The notes: generated by a model from the letters alone, not told the origin. A stretch of 64,000 nucleotides of DNA from Mycobacterium sp. (GCF_035640695.1 NZ_DASQVQ010000059.1:3982-67981); one strand, 5' to 3'; counted from the first letter of the stretch, positions 1 through 10,029 are shown. Program-made: numbers and translations.

Positions 1-460
1 GCGTCAGGCTCTTGGACAGCATCAACGTGCTGCCGTTGTTGAGCCGCTGGGCCAGCACGCGCTGATGGTTGGCCGTTCGCAGCGATAGCAACAGATCGCC
101 GCTGACGACGTCCTTTTCCGGCTGACCGACCGGCAGGCTTTGGCCCTGCTGGTTGGCGGTGTAGATCGCTCGCCCGGGAATGAACAGCACCGCGTTGACA
201 TCCGAGTACGCGGTGCCCTCGATGGCCTTCCCGGGGTCCACGTCGAGCGAGCCGCTCTCGATCAGCAGCCGGGCGCGGCTTTGCAGTTGGTCGTCGACAT
301 TCCTGTACAGCGACGCCGAAACCACGATGAACGCGGCAACCGCGACCAGCACGACCACCATCACGACCAGCGACATGGCGAGCAGCATCACTCGCCAGCG
401 CAGCGACAGGGAGCTGGTCGCCGACAATGGTGCGTGCCGTCGTGGCCGGAAAAGCGACAT
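1..460 (-). CDS. mprB: Sensor histidine kinase MprB, 5' portion only (gene runs off window start)
   Basis: Reverse strand from ATG 460-458 reads [30 protein letters not shown]..., matching my memory of the Mtb MprB N-terminus. ATGA start/stop overlap with mprA. Absent from the ORF track because no stop lies in the window. Confidence 0.85.
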   Translation of the reverse strand, partial: MSLFRPRRHAPLSATSSLSLRWRVMLLAMSLVVMVVVLVAVAAFIVVSASLYRNVDDQLQSRARLLIESGSLDVDPGKAIEGTAYSDVNAVLFIPGRAIYTANQQGQSLPVGQPEKDVVSGDLLLSLRTANHQRVLAQRLNNGSTLMLSKSLT

Positions 461-1152
461 CAGGGAGGGGTTTCACGCAGCACGTAGCCGACCCCGCGCA
501 CGGTGTGGATCAGCCGCGGTTCGCCTTCGGCTTCGGTCTTGCGCCGCAGGTACCCGACGTAGACCTCGAGGGCGTTCCCGGAGGTCGGGAAGTCGAATCC
601 CCACACCTCCTCGAGGATGCGGCTTCGCGTCAGCACTCGCCGCGGGTTGGCGATCAGCATCTCCAGCAGCGCGAATTCGGTGCGGGTCAGGCTGATGCGC
701 CGCTGGCCGCGGGTGACTTCGCGGGTTACCGGATCGAGGCTGAGGTCCGAGAAGGTCATCGCGACCGATTCCGCGGTGTCGTCGGGCGTGGTGCGCCGCA
801 GCAGCGCACGCATGCGCGCCAGCAGCTCCTCCAACGCGAACGGCTTGGGCAGGTAGTCGTCGGCACCGGCGTCGAGACCCGCCACCCGCTCTGAGACGGA
901 GTCACGCGCGGTGAGCACCAAGATGGGCAGGTCATCGCCGGTGCTGCGCAGCTGGCGGCAGACCTCCAAGCCGTCGAGCCGCGGCATCATCACATCGAGG
1001 ACGAGGGCATCGGGACGGTCGCTGGCGATCGCATCGAGGGCCTCGACACCGTCTTGCGCCAGCGCCACCGAGTACCCGTTGAAGGACAGCGAGCGACGCA
1101 GCGACTCCCGTACGGCGCGATCGTCGTCAACGACTAATATCCGCACGGCCAC
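460..1152 (-). CDS. mprA: OmpR-family response regulator MprA
   Basis: 230 aa. [26 protein letters not shown]...[17 protein letters not shown] is near-identical to remembered Mtb MprA. REC plus winged-helix C-terminus. GTG start. Confidence 0.95.
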   Translation of the reverse strand: MAVRILVVDDDRAVRESLRRSLSFNGYSVALAQDGVEALDAIASDRPDALVLDVMMPRLDGLEVCRQLRSTGDDLPILVLTARDSVSERVAGLDAGADDYLPKPFALEELLARMRALLRRTTPDDTAESVAMTFSDLSLDPVTREVTRGQRRISLTRTEFALLEMLIANPRRVLTRSRILEEVWGFDFPTSGNALEVYVGYLRRKTEAEGEPRLIHTVRGVGYVLRETPP

Positions 1153-1169
1153 TAGTGTCTACGCATCCC

Positions 1170-1188
1170 CTGAGAGGCACCTGAGAGG
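1170..1188 (-). promoter_or_regulatory. Candidate MprA box (8-bp direct repeat, 3-nt spacer)
   Basis: Plus strand reads ctgagagg-cac-ctgagagg (coding strand CCTCTCAG-GTG-CCTCTCAG), 18-36 nt upstream of the mprA GTG. This 8-3-8 architecture matches the published MprA box description. Confidence 0.55.
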
Positions 1189-1217
1189 CGCGCCGGGTAG
1201 CGGGGTGACAGACCGCG

Positions 1218-1391
1218 TCAGCGTCGGTCGAGATCCAGCAGACCCAGCCGGGCAGCCTTCAGGAGACGGCGCGGCACCTTATGTTGCTGACCCGCAACGG
1301 TGACATTGACCAGCTCCGGGCGCTTCGCCTTCCACTGCGCGCGCCGACTACGAGTATTCGCACGCGACATCCTGCGCTTGGGCACGGCCAT
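1218..1391 (-). CDS. rpmF: 50S ribosomal protein L32
   Basis: [23 protein letters not shown]... is the canonical L32 N-terminus. Internal ATG of ORF 1218..1454, preceded by GAGAAGGAGAAG SD. Confidence 0.95.
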   Translation of the reverse strand: MAVPKRRMSRANTRSRRAQWKAKRPELVNVTVAGQQHKVPRRLLKAARLGLLDLDRR

Positions 1392-1582
1392 GATCGAGCT
1401 TCTCCTTCTCGGATGCTGCCGCGGGGACACGACTGCGGCGACAATTACCAGCAAGGATAGCTGGCAACCAGGTCGGATTCCAAAGTGCGGCCCGGCCGGG
1501 AGGAGGGCGCTGTGGTCCCCGGCACGCCGAGCGGTAACCTACCGGTTGGTCGGGACGACGATGCCGTCGGAGGGAGGTCCGG

Positions 1583-3352
1583 GTGAACCAGGAGGCTTCG
1601 GCGGGCAGGCGCGAAGCGACTCGGGGATCGAGTGCGGTCCGTATCGGCAACTGCTCTGGTTTCTACGGCGACCGGCTCGCCGCGATGCGCGAAATGCTGA
1701 CCGGCGGCGACCTGGACTACCTCACCGGCGATTATCTCGCCGAGCTGACGATGTTGATCCTGGCCCGCGACCGCGCCAAGGCGCCGGACCGCGGCTACGC
1801 CAAGACCTTCCTGACCCAGCTCGAGGACTGCCTCGGTCTTGCCCATGATCTTGGGGTGCGCATCGTCGCCAATGCCGGCGGGCTGAACCCGGCGGGGCTG
1901 GCCGACGCGGTGCGCAATCTGGCGGACAGGCTCGGCGTGCCGGCCCGCGTGGCCCACGTCGAGGGCGACGACCTGCTGCCCAGGGCGGCCGAATTAGGGC
2001 TCGCAGCCGGGGGGCCGGCGACATCTGGCGTCGGCACACCGCTGGCGGCCAACGCCTACCTCGGCGCGTGGGGCATCGTCGACTGTCTCAACAGCGGTGC
2101 CGACGTCGTAGTGACCGGACGCGTCACGGACGCCTCGGTGATCGTCGGGCCCGCCGCCGCGCACTTCGGCTGGGGGCGCACCGATTACGACCAACTCGCC
2201 GGCGCGGTGGCCGCGGGCCACATCATCGAATGCGGGGTGCAGACCACCGGCGGCAATTACGCGTTCTTCACCGAAATCTCGGATCTGACCCATGGCGGAT
2301 TCCCGATCGCCGAGGTACATGCCGACGGCTCGTCGGTGATCACCAAACATCCCGGCACCGGCGGGCAAGTCAGCGTCGGCACCGTGACCGCGCAACTGCT
2401 CTACGAGGTCACCGGCGCCCGTTACGCCAACCCCGATGTGACGCTGCGGATCGACACGATCGAGCTGAGCGACGACGGACCCGACCGCGTGTGGGTGCGC
2501 GGAGTCAAGGGTGAACCGCCGCCGCCCACGCTGAAAGTGTCGCTGAACACCATCGGCGGATTCCGCAACGAGATGACGTTCGTGCTGACCGGTTTGGACA
2601 TCGATGCCAAGGCCGAACTGGTGCGGCGCCAGCTCGAAACCGGGCTGACCGTCAAACCAGCGGAGCTTGAGTGGACGCTGGCGCGCACCGACCACCCCGA
2701 CGCCGACACCGAAGAGGCTGCCAGCGCGCTGCTGCGGTGCGTAGCGCGCGACCCGGATCCCGCTAACGTCGGCCGCCAATTCTCCAGCGCCGCTGTCGAA
2801 CTGGCTTTAGCGAGCTATCCGGGCTTCCACACGACCGCACCACCAGGCGACGGCCAGGTGTATGGCGTCTTCAACGCCGGCTGGGTGCCCGCCGACGCGG
2901 TGCCACATATTGCCGTTCATGCCGACGGTAGCCGCACCGAGATCCCTGCGGCCGCGGAGACCCGAGAGCTGCTGCCCGTCCCGCCCTTCGCGCTGCCCGA
3001 ACCGCTTCCCTTCGGGGAGACTCGACGGCTACCGCTCGGCGTGATCGCCGGCGCCCGCAGCGGCGACAAGGGCGGCAGCGCCAATGTCGGACTGTGGGTG
3101 CGCACCGGCGACCAATGGCGTTGGCTGGCCTACGCTTTGACGGTGGAGAAGCTGCGCGAGCTGTTGCCCGAGGCGGCGCACCTGCCGATCACCCGCCACG
3201 TGTTGCCGAACCTGCGGGCAGTCAACTTCGTCATCGAGGGCATTCTTGGTGCGGGCGTGGCTTATCAGGCTCGGTTCGACCCCCAGGCCAAGGGCCTCGG
3301 TGAATGGCTGCGCAGCCGACACGTCGACATACCGGAAACCCTGCTGCCATGA
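1583..3352 (+). CDS. AtuA-like (DUF1446) acyclic-terpene-utilisation family protein (Rv0976c-like)
   Basis: 589 aa, N-terminus IGNCSGFYGDRLAAMREML..GDLDYLTGDYLAELTM is typical of AtuA/DUF1446. GTG start after GGAGGGAGG. Stop overlaps the next gene start (ATGA). Confidence 0.85.
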   Translation: MNQEASAGRREATRGSSAVRIGNCSGFYGDRLAAMREMLTGGDLDYLTGDYLAELTMLILARDRAKAPDRGYAKTFLTQLEDCLGLAHDLGVRIVANAGGLNPAGLADAVRNLADRLGVPARVAHVEGDDLLPRAAELGLAAGGPATSGVGTPLAANAYLGAWGIVDCLNSGADVVVTGRVTDASVIVGPAAAHFGWGRTDYDQLAGAVAAGHIIECGVQTTGGNYAFFTEISDLTHGGFPIAEVHADGSSVITKHPGTGGQVSVGTVTAQLLYEVTGARYANPDVTLRIDTIELSDDGPDRVWVRGVKGEPPPPTLKVSLNTIGGFRNEMTFVLTGLDIDAKAELVRRQLETGLTVKPAELEWTLARTDHPDADTEEAASALLRCVARDPDPANVGRQFSSAAVELALASYPGFHTTAPPGDGQVYGVFNAGWVPADAVPHIAVHADGSRTEIPAAAETRELLPVPPFALPEPLPFGETRRLPLGVIAGARSGDKGGSANVGLWVRTGDQWRWLAYALTVEKLRELLPEAAHLPITRHVLPNLRAVNFVIEGILGAGVAYQARFDPQAKGLGEWLRSRHVDIPETLLP

Positions 3353-4500
3353 GCATTTGGTCGACGCCGGAACGCGAGCAGCTGCGAAAGACGGTGCGCG
3401 CCTTCGCCGAACGCGAAGTGCTGCCGCACATCGACGAGTGGGAACGCGTCGGCGAACTGCCACGCGATCTGCACCGGCGCGCCGGCGACGCGGGTCTGCT
3501 CGGCGCGGACCTGCCCGAATCGGTGGGTGGCGGAGGCGGGGATGGCGCCGACTCGGTGATCATCTGCGAGGAAATGCACTATGCCGGTACGCCGGGCGGT
3601 GTCTTTGCTTCGTTGTTCACCTGCGGCATCGCGGTGCCCCACATGATCGCCTCGGGCGATCAACGGTTCATCGACGAATTCGTTCGGCCCACGCTGCGCG
3701 GCGACAAGATCGGCGCGCTGGCGATCACCGAACCCGGCGGCGGGTCGGACGTCGGGCACCTGCGCACCAGCGCCCGACGCGACGGCGACGACTACATCAT
3801 CAACGGCGCCAAAACCTACATCACCTCGGGAGTGCGCGCCGACTACATCGTCACCGCCGCGCGCACCGGCGGGCAGGGCGCCGCCGGGGTATCGCTGATC
3901 GTTGTCGCAAAGGGCACCCCGGGATTTGAGGTGACCCGCAAACTCGACAAGATGGGTTGGCGGTCCTCGGACACCGCCGAACTGTCATACACCGACGTGC
4001 GGGTTCCGTCCGCCAACCTGATCGGCGGCGAGAACACCGGCTTTTCCCAGATCGCCGCCGCGTTTGTGTCCGAACGCGTCGGCCTTGCCGCGCAGGCGTA
4101 TTCGAGCGCGCAGCGCTGCCTCGACATCACCGTCCAGTGGTGTCGCGACCGGGAAACGTTCGGGCGACCGCTCATCTCGCGGCAGGCCGTGCAGAACACG
4201 CTGGCCGAGATGGCGCGTCGCATCGACGTCGCGCGGGTGTATACCCACCATGTCGTCGAGCGCCAACTCGCCGGCGACACCACCAACCTGATTCCGCACG
4301 TGTGCTTCGCCAAGAACACCGCGGTCGAGGCCGGCGAGTGGGTGGCCAACCAGGCCGTACAACTGTTCGGTGGCCTCGGCTACATGGCAGAAAGCGAAAT
4401 CGAGAGGCAATACCGCGACATGCGGATCCTCGGCATCGGCGGCGGAACCACTGAAATCCTCACCGCCCTCGCCGCCAAGACGCTCGGATACCAGTCATGA
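3349..4500 (+). CDS. fadE13: Acyl-CoA dehydrogenase (FadE13-like)
   Basis: MSIWSTPEREQLRKTVRAFAEREVLPHIDEWE...; ACAD C-terminus YRDMRILGIGGGTTEI. ATGA overlaps at both ends. Confidence 0.85.
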   Translation: MSIWSTPEREQLRKTVRAFAEREVLPHIDEWERVGELPRDLHRRAGDAGLLGADLPESVGGGGGDGADSVIICEEMHYAGTPGGVFASLFTCGIAVPHMIASGDQRFIDEFVRPTLRGDKIGALAITEPGGGSDVGHLRTSARRDGDDYIINGAKTYITSGVRADYIVTAARTGGQGAAGVSLIVVAKGTPGFEVTRKLDKMGWRSSDTAELSYTDVRVPSANLIGGENTGFSQIAAAFVSERVGLAAQAYSSAQRCLDITVQWCRDRETFGRPLISRQAVQNTLAEMARRIDVARVYTHHVVERQLAGDTTNLIPHVCFAKNTAVEAGEWVANQAVQLFGGLGYMAESEIERQYRDMRILGIGGGTTEILTALAAKTLGYQS

Positions 4501-6092
4501 CCGTGCTGCGGTCCACGCTGGACGCCGCCTCGCCGGCTTACCTGGAGGCGGCCGAGGCGATGACGGCCAAGCTCGCCGAGATCGACGCCGAGCACGCCAA
4601 GGCGCTGGCCGGCGGCGGTCCGAAGTACGTCGACCGCCACCACGCCCGCGGAAAATTGACCGCGCGCGAACGCATCGAACTGCTGCTCGACCCGGATTCG
4701 CCATTCCTCGAACTGAGCCCGCTGGCCGCGTGGGGCAGCGAATTTCAGGTCGGGGCGAGCGTAATCGTTGGAATCGGCTCGGTCAGCGGCGTCGAATGCA
4801 TGCTGGTCGCCAACGACCCCACCGTCAAGGGCGGCACCAGCAACCCGTGGACGCTGCGAAAGTCCTTGCGGGCCGACCAAATCGCCTTCGAGAACCGCTT
4901 ACCGGTGATCTCGCTGGTGGAATCCGGGGGCGCCGATCTGCCCACCCAGAAGGAAGTATTCATCCCCGGTGGCCAGATGTTCCGCGACCTGACCCGGCTG
5001 TCGGCCGCCGGTATTCCCACCATCGCGTTGGTGTTCGGCAACTCCACCGCGGGCGGCGCGTACATACCCGGCATGTCCGACCATGTGGTGATGATCAAGG
5101 AGCGATCGAAGGTGTTCCTCGCCGGGCCGCCCCTGGTGAAGATGGCCACCGGCGAGGAGTCCGATGACGAATCCCTCGGCGGCGCCGAAATGCACGCCCG
5201 CACTTCGGGTCTGGCCGACTACTTCGCCGTCGACGAGCTTGATGCGCTGCGCCTCGGTCGGCGCATTGTGGCCCGGCTGAACTGGAAGAAACAGGGCCCC
5301 ACACCGGGACCGGTCACCGAGCCGCAGGCCGACCCCGAGGAGTTGCTCGGCATCGTCCCGCCGGACCTGCGGATCCCGTTCGACCCGCGGGAGGCCATCG
5401 CCCGCATCGTCGACGGCTCCGAATTCGACGAATTCAAGGCACTTTACGGGTCGTCGCTGGTCACCGGCTGGGCGACGCTGCACGGCTATCCGATCGGCAT
5501 CCTCGCGAATGCCCGCGGCATCCTCTTCAGTGAGGAATCGCAGAAGGCCACGCAGTTCATCCAGCTGGCCAACCGCGCCGACACACCGTTGCTGTTCCTG
5601 CACAACACCACCGGCTACATGGTCGGAAAGCAGTACGAAGAGCGCGGCATGATCAAGCACGGCTCGATGATGATCAATGCCGTATCCAATTCCCGGGTGC
5701 CGCACCTGTCCCTGCTGATCGGCGCTTCCTACGGCGCAGGGCATTACGGGATGTGCGGGCGCGCGTACGATCCGCGGTTTCTGTTCGCCTGGCCCAGCGC
5801 CAAGGCCGCCGTCATGGGCGGCACCCAGCTCGCGGGCGTGATCTCGATCGTCAGCCGTGCCGCCGCCGAGGCGCGCGGCCAGCAGGTCGACGAACAGGCC
5901 GACGCGGCGCTGCGGGCCGCCATCGAAGCCCAGATCGAGGCCGAGTCGTTGCCGATGTTCCTGTCCGGGCGCCTCTACGACGACGGCGTCATCGACCCGC
6001 GCGACACCCGAACGGTGCTGGGCATGTGCCTGTCGGCCATCGCGAACGCGCCGATCAAGGGCACCTCCAACTTTGGCGTCTTCCGGATGTGA
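4497..6092 (+). CDS. accD2: Acyl-CoA carboxylase carboxyltransferase beta subunit (AccD2-like; MCCase/GCCase type)
   Basis: 531 aa. Carboxyltransferase motifs GKLTARERIELLLD, ANDPTVKGGT, FGNSTAGGAYIP. Confidence 0.9.
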   Translation: MTVLRSTLDAASPAYLEAAEAMTAKLAEIDAEHAKALAGGGPKYVDRHHARGKLTARERIELLLDPDSPFLELSPLAAWGSEFQVGASVIVGIGSVSGVECMLVANDPTVKGGTSNPWTLRKSLRADQIAFENRLPVISLVESGGADLPTQKEVFIPGGQMFRDLTRLSAAGIPTIALVFGNSTAGGAYIPGMSDHVVMIKERSKVFLAGPPLVKMATGEESDDESLGGAEMHARTSGLADYFAVDELDALRLGRRIVARLNWKKQGPTPGPVTEPQADPEELLGIVPPDLRIPFDPREAIARIVDGSEFDEFKALYGSSLVTGWATLHGYPIGILANARGILFSEESQKATQFIQLANRADTPLLFLHNTTGYMVGKQYEERGMIKHGSMMINAVSNSRVPHLSLLIGASYGAGHYGMCGRAYDPRFLFAWPSAKAAVMGGTQLAGVISIVSRAAAEARGQQVDEQADAALRAAIEAQIEAESLPMFLSGRLYDDGVIDPRDTRTVLGMCLSAIANAPIKGTSNFGVFRM

Positions 6093-8071
6093 TGGGCATG
6101 CGTACCGTGCTGGTAGCCAACCGCGGCGAGATTGCGCGCCGCGTCTTCGCGACGTGTCGCCGCCTCGGCATCGGCACCGTCGCGGTGTACACCGAACCCG
6201 ACGCCGAATCCCCCCACGTGGCCGAGGCCGACACCCGCGTGCGGCTGCCGGGCACCGGCGGGTACCTCGACGCCGACGCATTGATCGCCGCGGCGAAGGC
6301 GGCCGGCGCCGATGCCATTCACCCCGGCTATGGCTTCCTCTCGGAGAACGCGGAATTCGCCTCGGCGGTACCGGATGCGGGCCTGACCTGGATCGGGCCT
6401 CCCGCGGCTGCCGTCGCGGCGATGGGCAGCAAGATCGAGGCCAAGAAGATGATGTCGGCCGCCGGTGTGCCCGTGCTCGATGAACTCGACCCCGCCACCG
6501 TTGCCGAATCTCAGCTGCCGGTGCTGGTCAAGGCGTCGGCTGGCGGCGGCGGCCGCGGGATGCGGGTGGTCACCGCATTGGCCTCGCTGCCGGGCGAAGT
6601 CGCGGCCGCTCGGCGGGAAGCGGCCTCGGCGTTCGGCGACGAAACAGTGTTTTGCGAGCGTTATCTGCCCACCGGGCACCACATCGAGGTGCAGGTGCTG
6701 GCCGATGAGCACGGCACCGTGTGGGCGGTCGGCGAGCGCGAATGCTCCATCCAGCGCCGGCATCAGAAGGTCATCGAGGAGGCGCCGTCGCCGTTGGTGG
6801 AGCGCACCCCGGGCATGCGCGACAAGCTGTTCGACGCGGCCCGGCTGGCCGCGGCGGCAATCGGCTACACAGGCGCGGGCACAGTGGAGTTCCTCGCCGA
6901 CGACGACGGTGCTTTCTACTTCCTCGAGATGAATACCCGACTGCAGGTCGAGCACCCGGTCACCGAATGCGTCACCGGACTCGACCTTGTCGAGCTGCAG
7001 CTGCAGGTCGCCAGCGGTATTCACCTCCCGCCCGAACCACCTGGCGGGCAAGGGAATTCGATCGAAGCACGGCTCTACGCCGAAGACCCGGCGCGCGATT
7101 GGCGACCACAGGCCGGGACCATTCACCGGTTCGAGGTGTCGACGGCATCCACCGCGTTCGCGCCGCTGACCCATACCGGCGTGCGCGTGGACTCCGGCGT
7201 CGTCGACGGCTCGCAAGTGTCGATCTACTACGACCCGATGTTGGCGAAGGTCATTTCCTACGCACCCACCCGCAGCCAGGCCGCGGGGTTGCTGGCCGAC
7301 GCGCTGGCCCGCGCCCGTGTGCACGGTGTCCGCACCAACCGCGACCTCCTCGTCAACGTGCTGCGGCACCCGGCGTTCCTGGCAGGCCAAACCGACACCG
7401 CGTTCTTCGACACCCACGGGCTGGCGGGGCTCGCCGGTGCGCTTGCCACACCGTCGACCGTCCGACTTTCGGCCGTCGCAGCGGCCTTGGCGGACGCCGC
7501 CGAAAACCGCAACACCGCTATGGTGTTCAGGGCCGTTCCGTCCGGATGGCGCAATCTCGCATCGGGTTATCAGGTCAAGCATTTTCATCGCGCCGGCGCG
7601 GATGAGCACGTGATCCGATACCGCTTCAGCCGCAACGGCGTAGAGCTTCCCGACGACGACGGTGTGACGCTCGTCTCAGCGACGACCGACCGCGTGGTGC
7701 TGGCGGTCGATGGTGTCGAGCGGCCGTTCGGCGTGGCGCGCCACGGCGCCGAGGTCTACGTCGACTCGCCGCTGGGCCCGGTGCATCTGGCGGCGATTCC
7801 CCGGTTCCCCGAGCCCGGCAATGCGCTGGAGCCGGGTTCGCTGCTGGCCCCGATGCCGGGGTCCGTCGTCCGGATCGGCGCACAGGTCGGTGACACTGTC
7901 AGCGCCGGCCAGCCGGTGGTGTGGGTGGAGGCGATGAAGATGGAGCACACGATCACCGCACCCAGTGACGGTGTGCTCGCGGAGCTCAATGTGCAGGTCG
8001 GCCGGCAGGTCGACGTCGGCGCCGTGCTTGCCCGAGTGGAACCGGCGGAAGCTTCGGAAGCTTCGGATTAG
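6092..8071 (+). CDS. accA2: Biotin carboxylase / biotin carboxyl carrier alpha subunit (AccA2-like)
   Basis: MGMRTVLVANRGEIARRV..., ATP-grasp, C-terminal biotinyl motif EAMKMEH. ATG shares one nt with the accD2 TGA. The ORF-track start at 5753 is an upstream extension overlapping accD2. Confidence 0.9.
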   Translation: MGMRTVLVANRGEIARRVFATCRRLGIGTVAVYTEPDAESPHVAEADTRVRLPGTGGYLDADALIAAAKAAGADAIHPGYGFLSENAEFASAVPDAGLTWIGPPAAAVAAMGSKIEAKKMMSAAGVPVLDELDPATVAESQLPVLVKASAGGGGRGMRVVTALASLPGEVAAARREAASAFGDETVFCERYLPTGHHIEVQVLADEHGTVWAVGERECSIQRRHQKVIEEAPSPLVERTPGMRDKLFDAARLAAAAIGYTGAGTVEFLADDDGAFYFLEMNTRLQVEHPVTECVTGLDLVELQLQVASGIHLPPEPPGGQGNSIEARLYAEDPARDWRPQAGTIHRFEVSTASTAFAPLTHTGVRVDSGVVDGSQVSIYYDPMLAKVISYAPTRSQAAGLLADALARARVHGVRTNRDLLVNVLRHPAFLAGQTDTAFFDTHGLAGLAGALATPSTVRLSAVAAALADAAENRNTAMVFRAVPSGWRNLASGYQVKHFHRAGADEHVIRYRFSRNGVELPDDDGVTLVSATTDRVVLAVDGVERPFGVARHGAEVYVDSPLGPVHLAAIPRFPEPGNALEPGSLLAPMPGSVVRIGAQVGDTVSAGQPVVWVEAMKMEHTITAPSDGVLAELNVQVGRQVDVGAVLARVEPAEASEASD

Positions 8072-8083
8072 AGAGGACCAACC

Positions 8084-9250
8084 GTGACCGAAAACAGCTT
8101 CATCGAAAGTGAAGAACGCCAAGCGCTGCGCAAGTCGGTCGCCGCGCTGGTGGCCAATTACGGCCAGGACTACTACCTGGAAAAGGCCCGGGCTCACCAG
8201 CATACTGACGAATTGTGGAGCGAGGCGGGCAAACTCGGCTTCATCGGCGTCAACCTGCCCGAGCAGTATGGTGGCGGCGGCGCCGGCATGTATGAACTGT
8301 CGCTGGTGATGGAGGAAATGTCGGCCGCCGGCTGCGGGCTTCTGATGATGGTGGTGTCGCCGGCCATCAACGGGACCATCATCAGCAAGTACGGCACCGA
8401 CGATCAGAAGCAGCGTTGGCTGCCCGGCATCGCCGACGGCTCGATCACGATGGCGTTTGCGATCACCGAGCCCGACGCAGGTTCCAACTCGCACAAGATC
8501 ACCACCACCGCCCGCCGCGACGGCGGCGACTGGGTCCTCAATGGGCAGAAGGTCTTCATCTCCGGCGTAGACCAAGCGCAGGCCGTGCTCGTCGTCGGCC
8601 GCACCGAGGAAGCCAAGACCGGCAAGCTGCGGCCGGCGCTGTTTACCGTGCCCACGGACACGCCCGGTTTCACCTACACCCCGATCGAGATGGAATTGAT
8701 CAGCCCGGAGCGTCAGTTCCAGGTCTTCATCGACGACGTGCGGCTGCCCGCCGACGCGCTGGTCGGCTCCGAGGACGCCGCGATCGCCCAGCTGTTCGCC
8801 GGACTGAACCCGGAACGCATCATGGGCGCGGCGAGCGCCGTCGGCAGCGGCCGCTTCGCGCTGAACAAGGCCGTCGACTACGTCAAGAATCGCAAGGTGT
8901 GGTCCACGCCGATCGGCGCGCACCAGGGTCTATCTCATCCGTTGGCGCAGAACTACATTGAGATCGAGTTGGCCAAGCTGATGATGCAGAAGGCGGCAAC
9001 GTTGTACGACTCCGGTGACGACGTGGGCGCCGCCGAGGCGGCGAATATCGCCAAGTACGCGGCCGGTGAGGCCTCGGTTCGTGCGGTCGACCAAGCCGTG
9101 CAGTCGTTGGGTGGCAACGGGTTGACCAAGGAGTACGGGATTGCCGCGGCCGTCAACCTGTCCCGGCTCTCACGCATCGCGCCGGTGAGCCGTGAGATGG
9201 TGCTCAACTTTGTTGCCCAGACATCGCTGGGCCTGCCACGCTCGTATTGA
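8084..9250 (+). CDS. fadE12: Acyl-CoA dehydrogenase (FadE12-like)
   Basis: 388 aa, ACAD fold (GFIGVNLPEQYGGGG, ITEPDAGSN, QSLGGNG). GTG start. Confidence 0.85.
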   Translation: MTENSFIESEERQALRKSVAALVANYGQDYYLEKARAHQHTDELWSEAGKLGFIGVNLPEQYGGGGAGMYELSLVMEEMSAAGCGLLMMVVSPAINGTIISKYGTDDQKQRWLPGIADGSITMAFAITEPDAGSNSHKITTTARRDGGDWVLNGQKVFISGVDQAQAVLVVGRTEEAKTGKLRPALFTVPTDTPGFTYTPIEMELISPERQFQVFIDDVRLPADALVGSEDAAIAQLFAGLNPERIMGAASAVGSGRFALNKAVDYVKNRKVWSTPIGAHQGLSHPLAQNYIEIELAKLMMQKAATLYDSGDDVGAAEAANIAKYAAGEASVRAVDQAVQSLGGNGLTKEYGIAAAVNLSRLSRIAPVSREMVLNFVAQTSLGLPRSY

Positions 9251-10029
9251 TGAAGACACTGGTTCACTACACCGTCGAAGGCGCGGTTGCACGCATTACT
9301 CTGGACTCGCCGCACAACCGCAACGCACTGTCTTCGGGGCTGGTGGACCAGCTGCACCAAGCGTTGAGCGACTCGGCCGCCGAGCCGCATGTGCGTGCGG
9401 TGGTACTCGGTCACACCGGTGGCACGTTCTGCGCGGGCGCCGATCTGTCCGAGGCCAGCGGCCGGGACGCGTTCGAGGCCGCGGCAGAACGAGGAAGAGC
9501 GCTCACCGCGCTGCTGCGCGCGATCCTCGAGCTGCCGCTGCCGGTGGTGGCCGCCATCGACGGCCACGTCCGCGCCGGCGGGCTCGGGCTCGTCGGCGCC
9601 TGCGACATCGCGGTCGCGGGCCAACAGAGCACCTTCGCGTTGACCGAGGCACGCATCGGCGTCGCGCCGGGCATCATCTCGCTGACCCTGTTGCCGAAGA
9701 TGACCGCCCGCGCAGCCAGCCGTTATTCCCTCACCGGCGAGACATTCGGCCCAGCCGAAGCCGCGCGCATCGGGTTGGTAACGGTCGCGACCGACGACGT
9801 CGCGGCGACGGTCGCCGCGATCACCTCCGAACTCGTGCGCGGCTCACCGCAGGGGCTCGCGGCGTCGAAGGCGCTGACCACGAGGGCGATTCTCGAGGGA
9901 TTCGACCGTCGCGCCGAGGAGCTCAGCGTGCAGTCGGCCCGGCTGTTCCTCTCCGAAGAAGCGCGTGAGGGAATGCTTGCTTTCCTGCAGAAGCGGCCGC
10001 CCCGCTGGGCGCGCGACACCGGTTCATAA
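9250..10029 (+). CDS. echA7: Enoyl-CoA hydratase/isomerase (EchA7-like; AtuE/LiuC position)
   Basis: MKTLVHYTVEGAVARITLDSPHNRNAL...FCAGADL crotonase signature. ATG overlaps the fadE12 TGA (TGATG). Confidence 0.85.
   Translation: MKTLVHYTVEGAVARITLDSPHNRNALSSGLVDQLHQALSDSAAEPHVRAVVLGHTGGTFCAGADLSEASGRDAFEAAAERGRALTALLRAILELPLPVVAAIDGHVRAGGLGLVGACDIAVAGQQSTFALTEARIGVAPGIISLTLLPKMTARAASRYSLTGETFGPAEAARIGLVTVATDDVAATVAAITSELVRGSPQGLAASKALTTRAILEGFDRRAEELSVQSARLFLSEEAREGMLAFLQKRPPRWARDTGS

Noticed and set aside
5753-6091. N-terminal extensions suggested by the ORF track. Examples are accA2 from 5753, zwf from 48396, uvrD1 from 28458, fadE13 from 3304, the Rv0954-like gene from 20307, gabD from 32653 and the vWA gene from 14403.
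   Set aside because: The extensions overlap upstream genes or lack similarity to remembered orthologue N-termini. Internal starts with SD sequences or ATGA/TGATG coupling fit better.
4899-8923. Very long antisense ORFs (4899..6281, 5975..7609, 7676..8923). Similar ones occur at 22573..23757, 26497..28065, 30590..32491, 48357..49415, 55639..56736 and 58697..60274.
   Set aside because: They lie opposite strongly supported conserved genes (accD2, accA2, fadE12, sucC, uvrD1, gabD, zwf, ACAD, ligD). Their Arg/Gly/Pro/Ala-rich translations have no recognisable motifs. This is the usual stop-codon-poor shadow of high-GC coding DNA.
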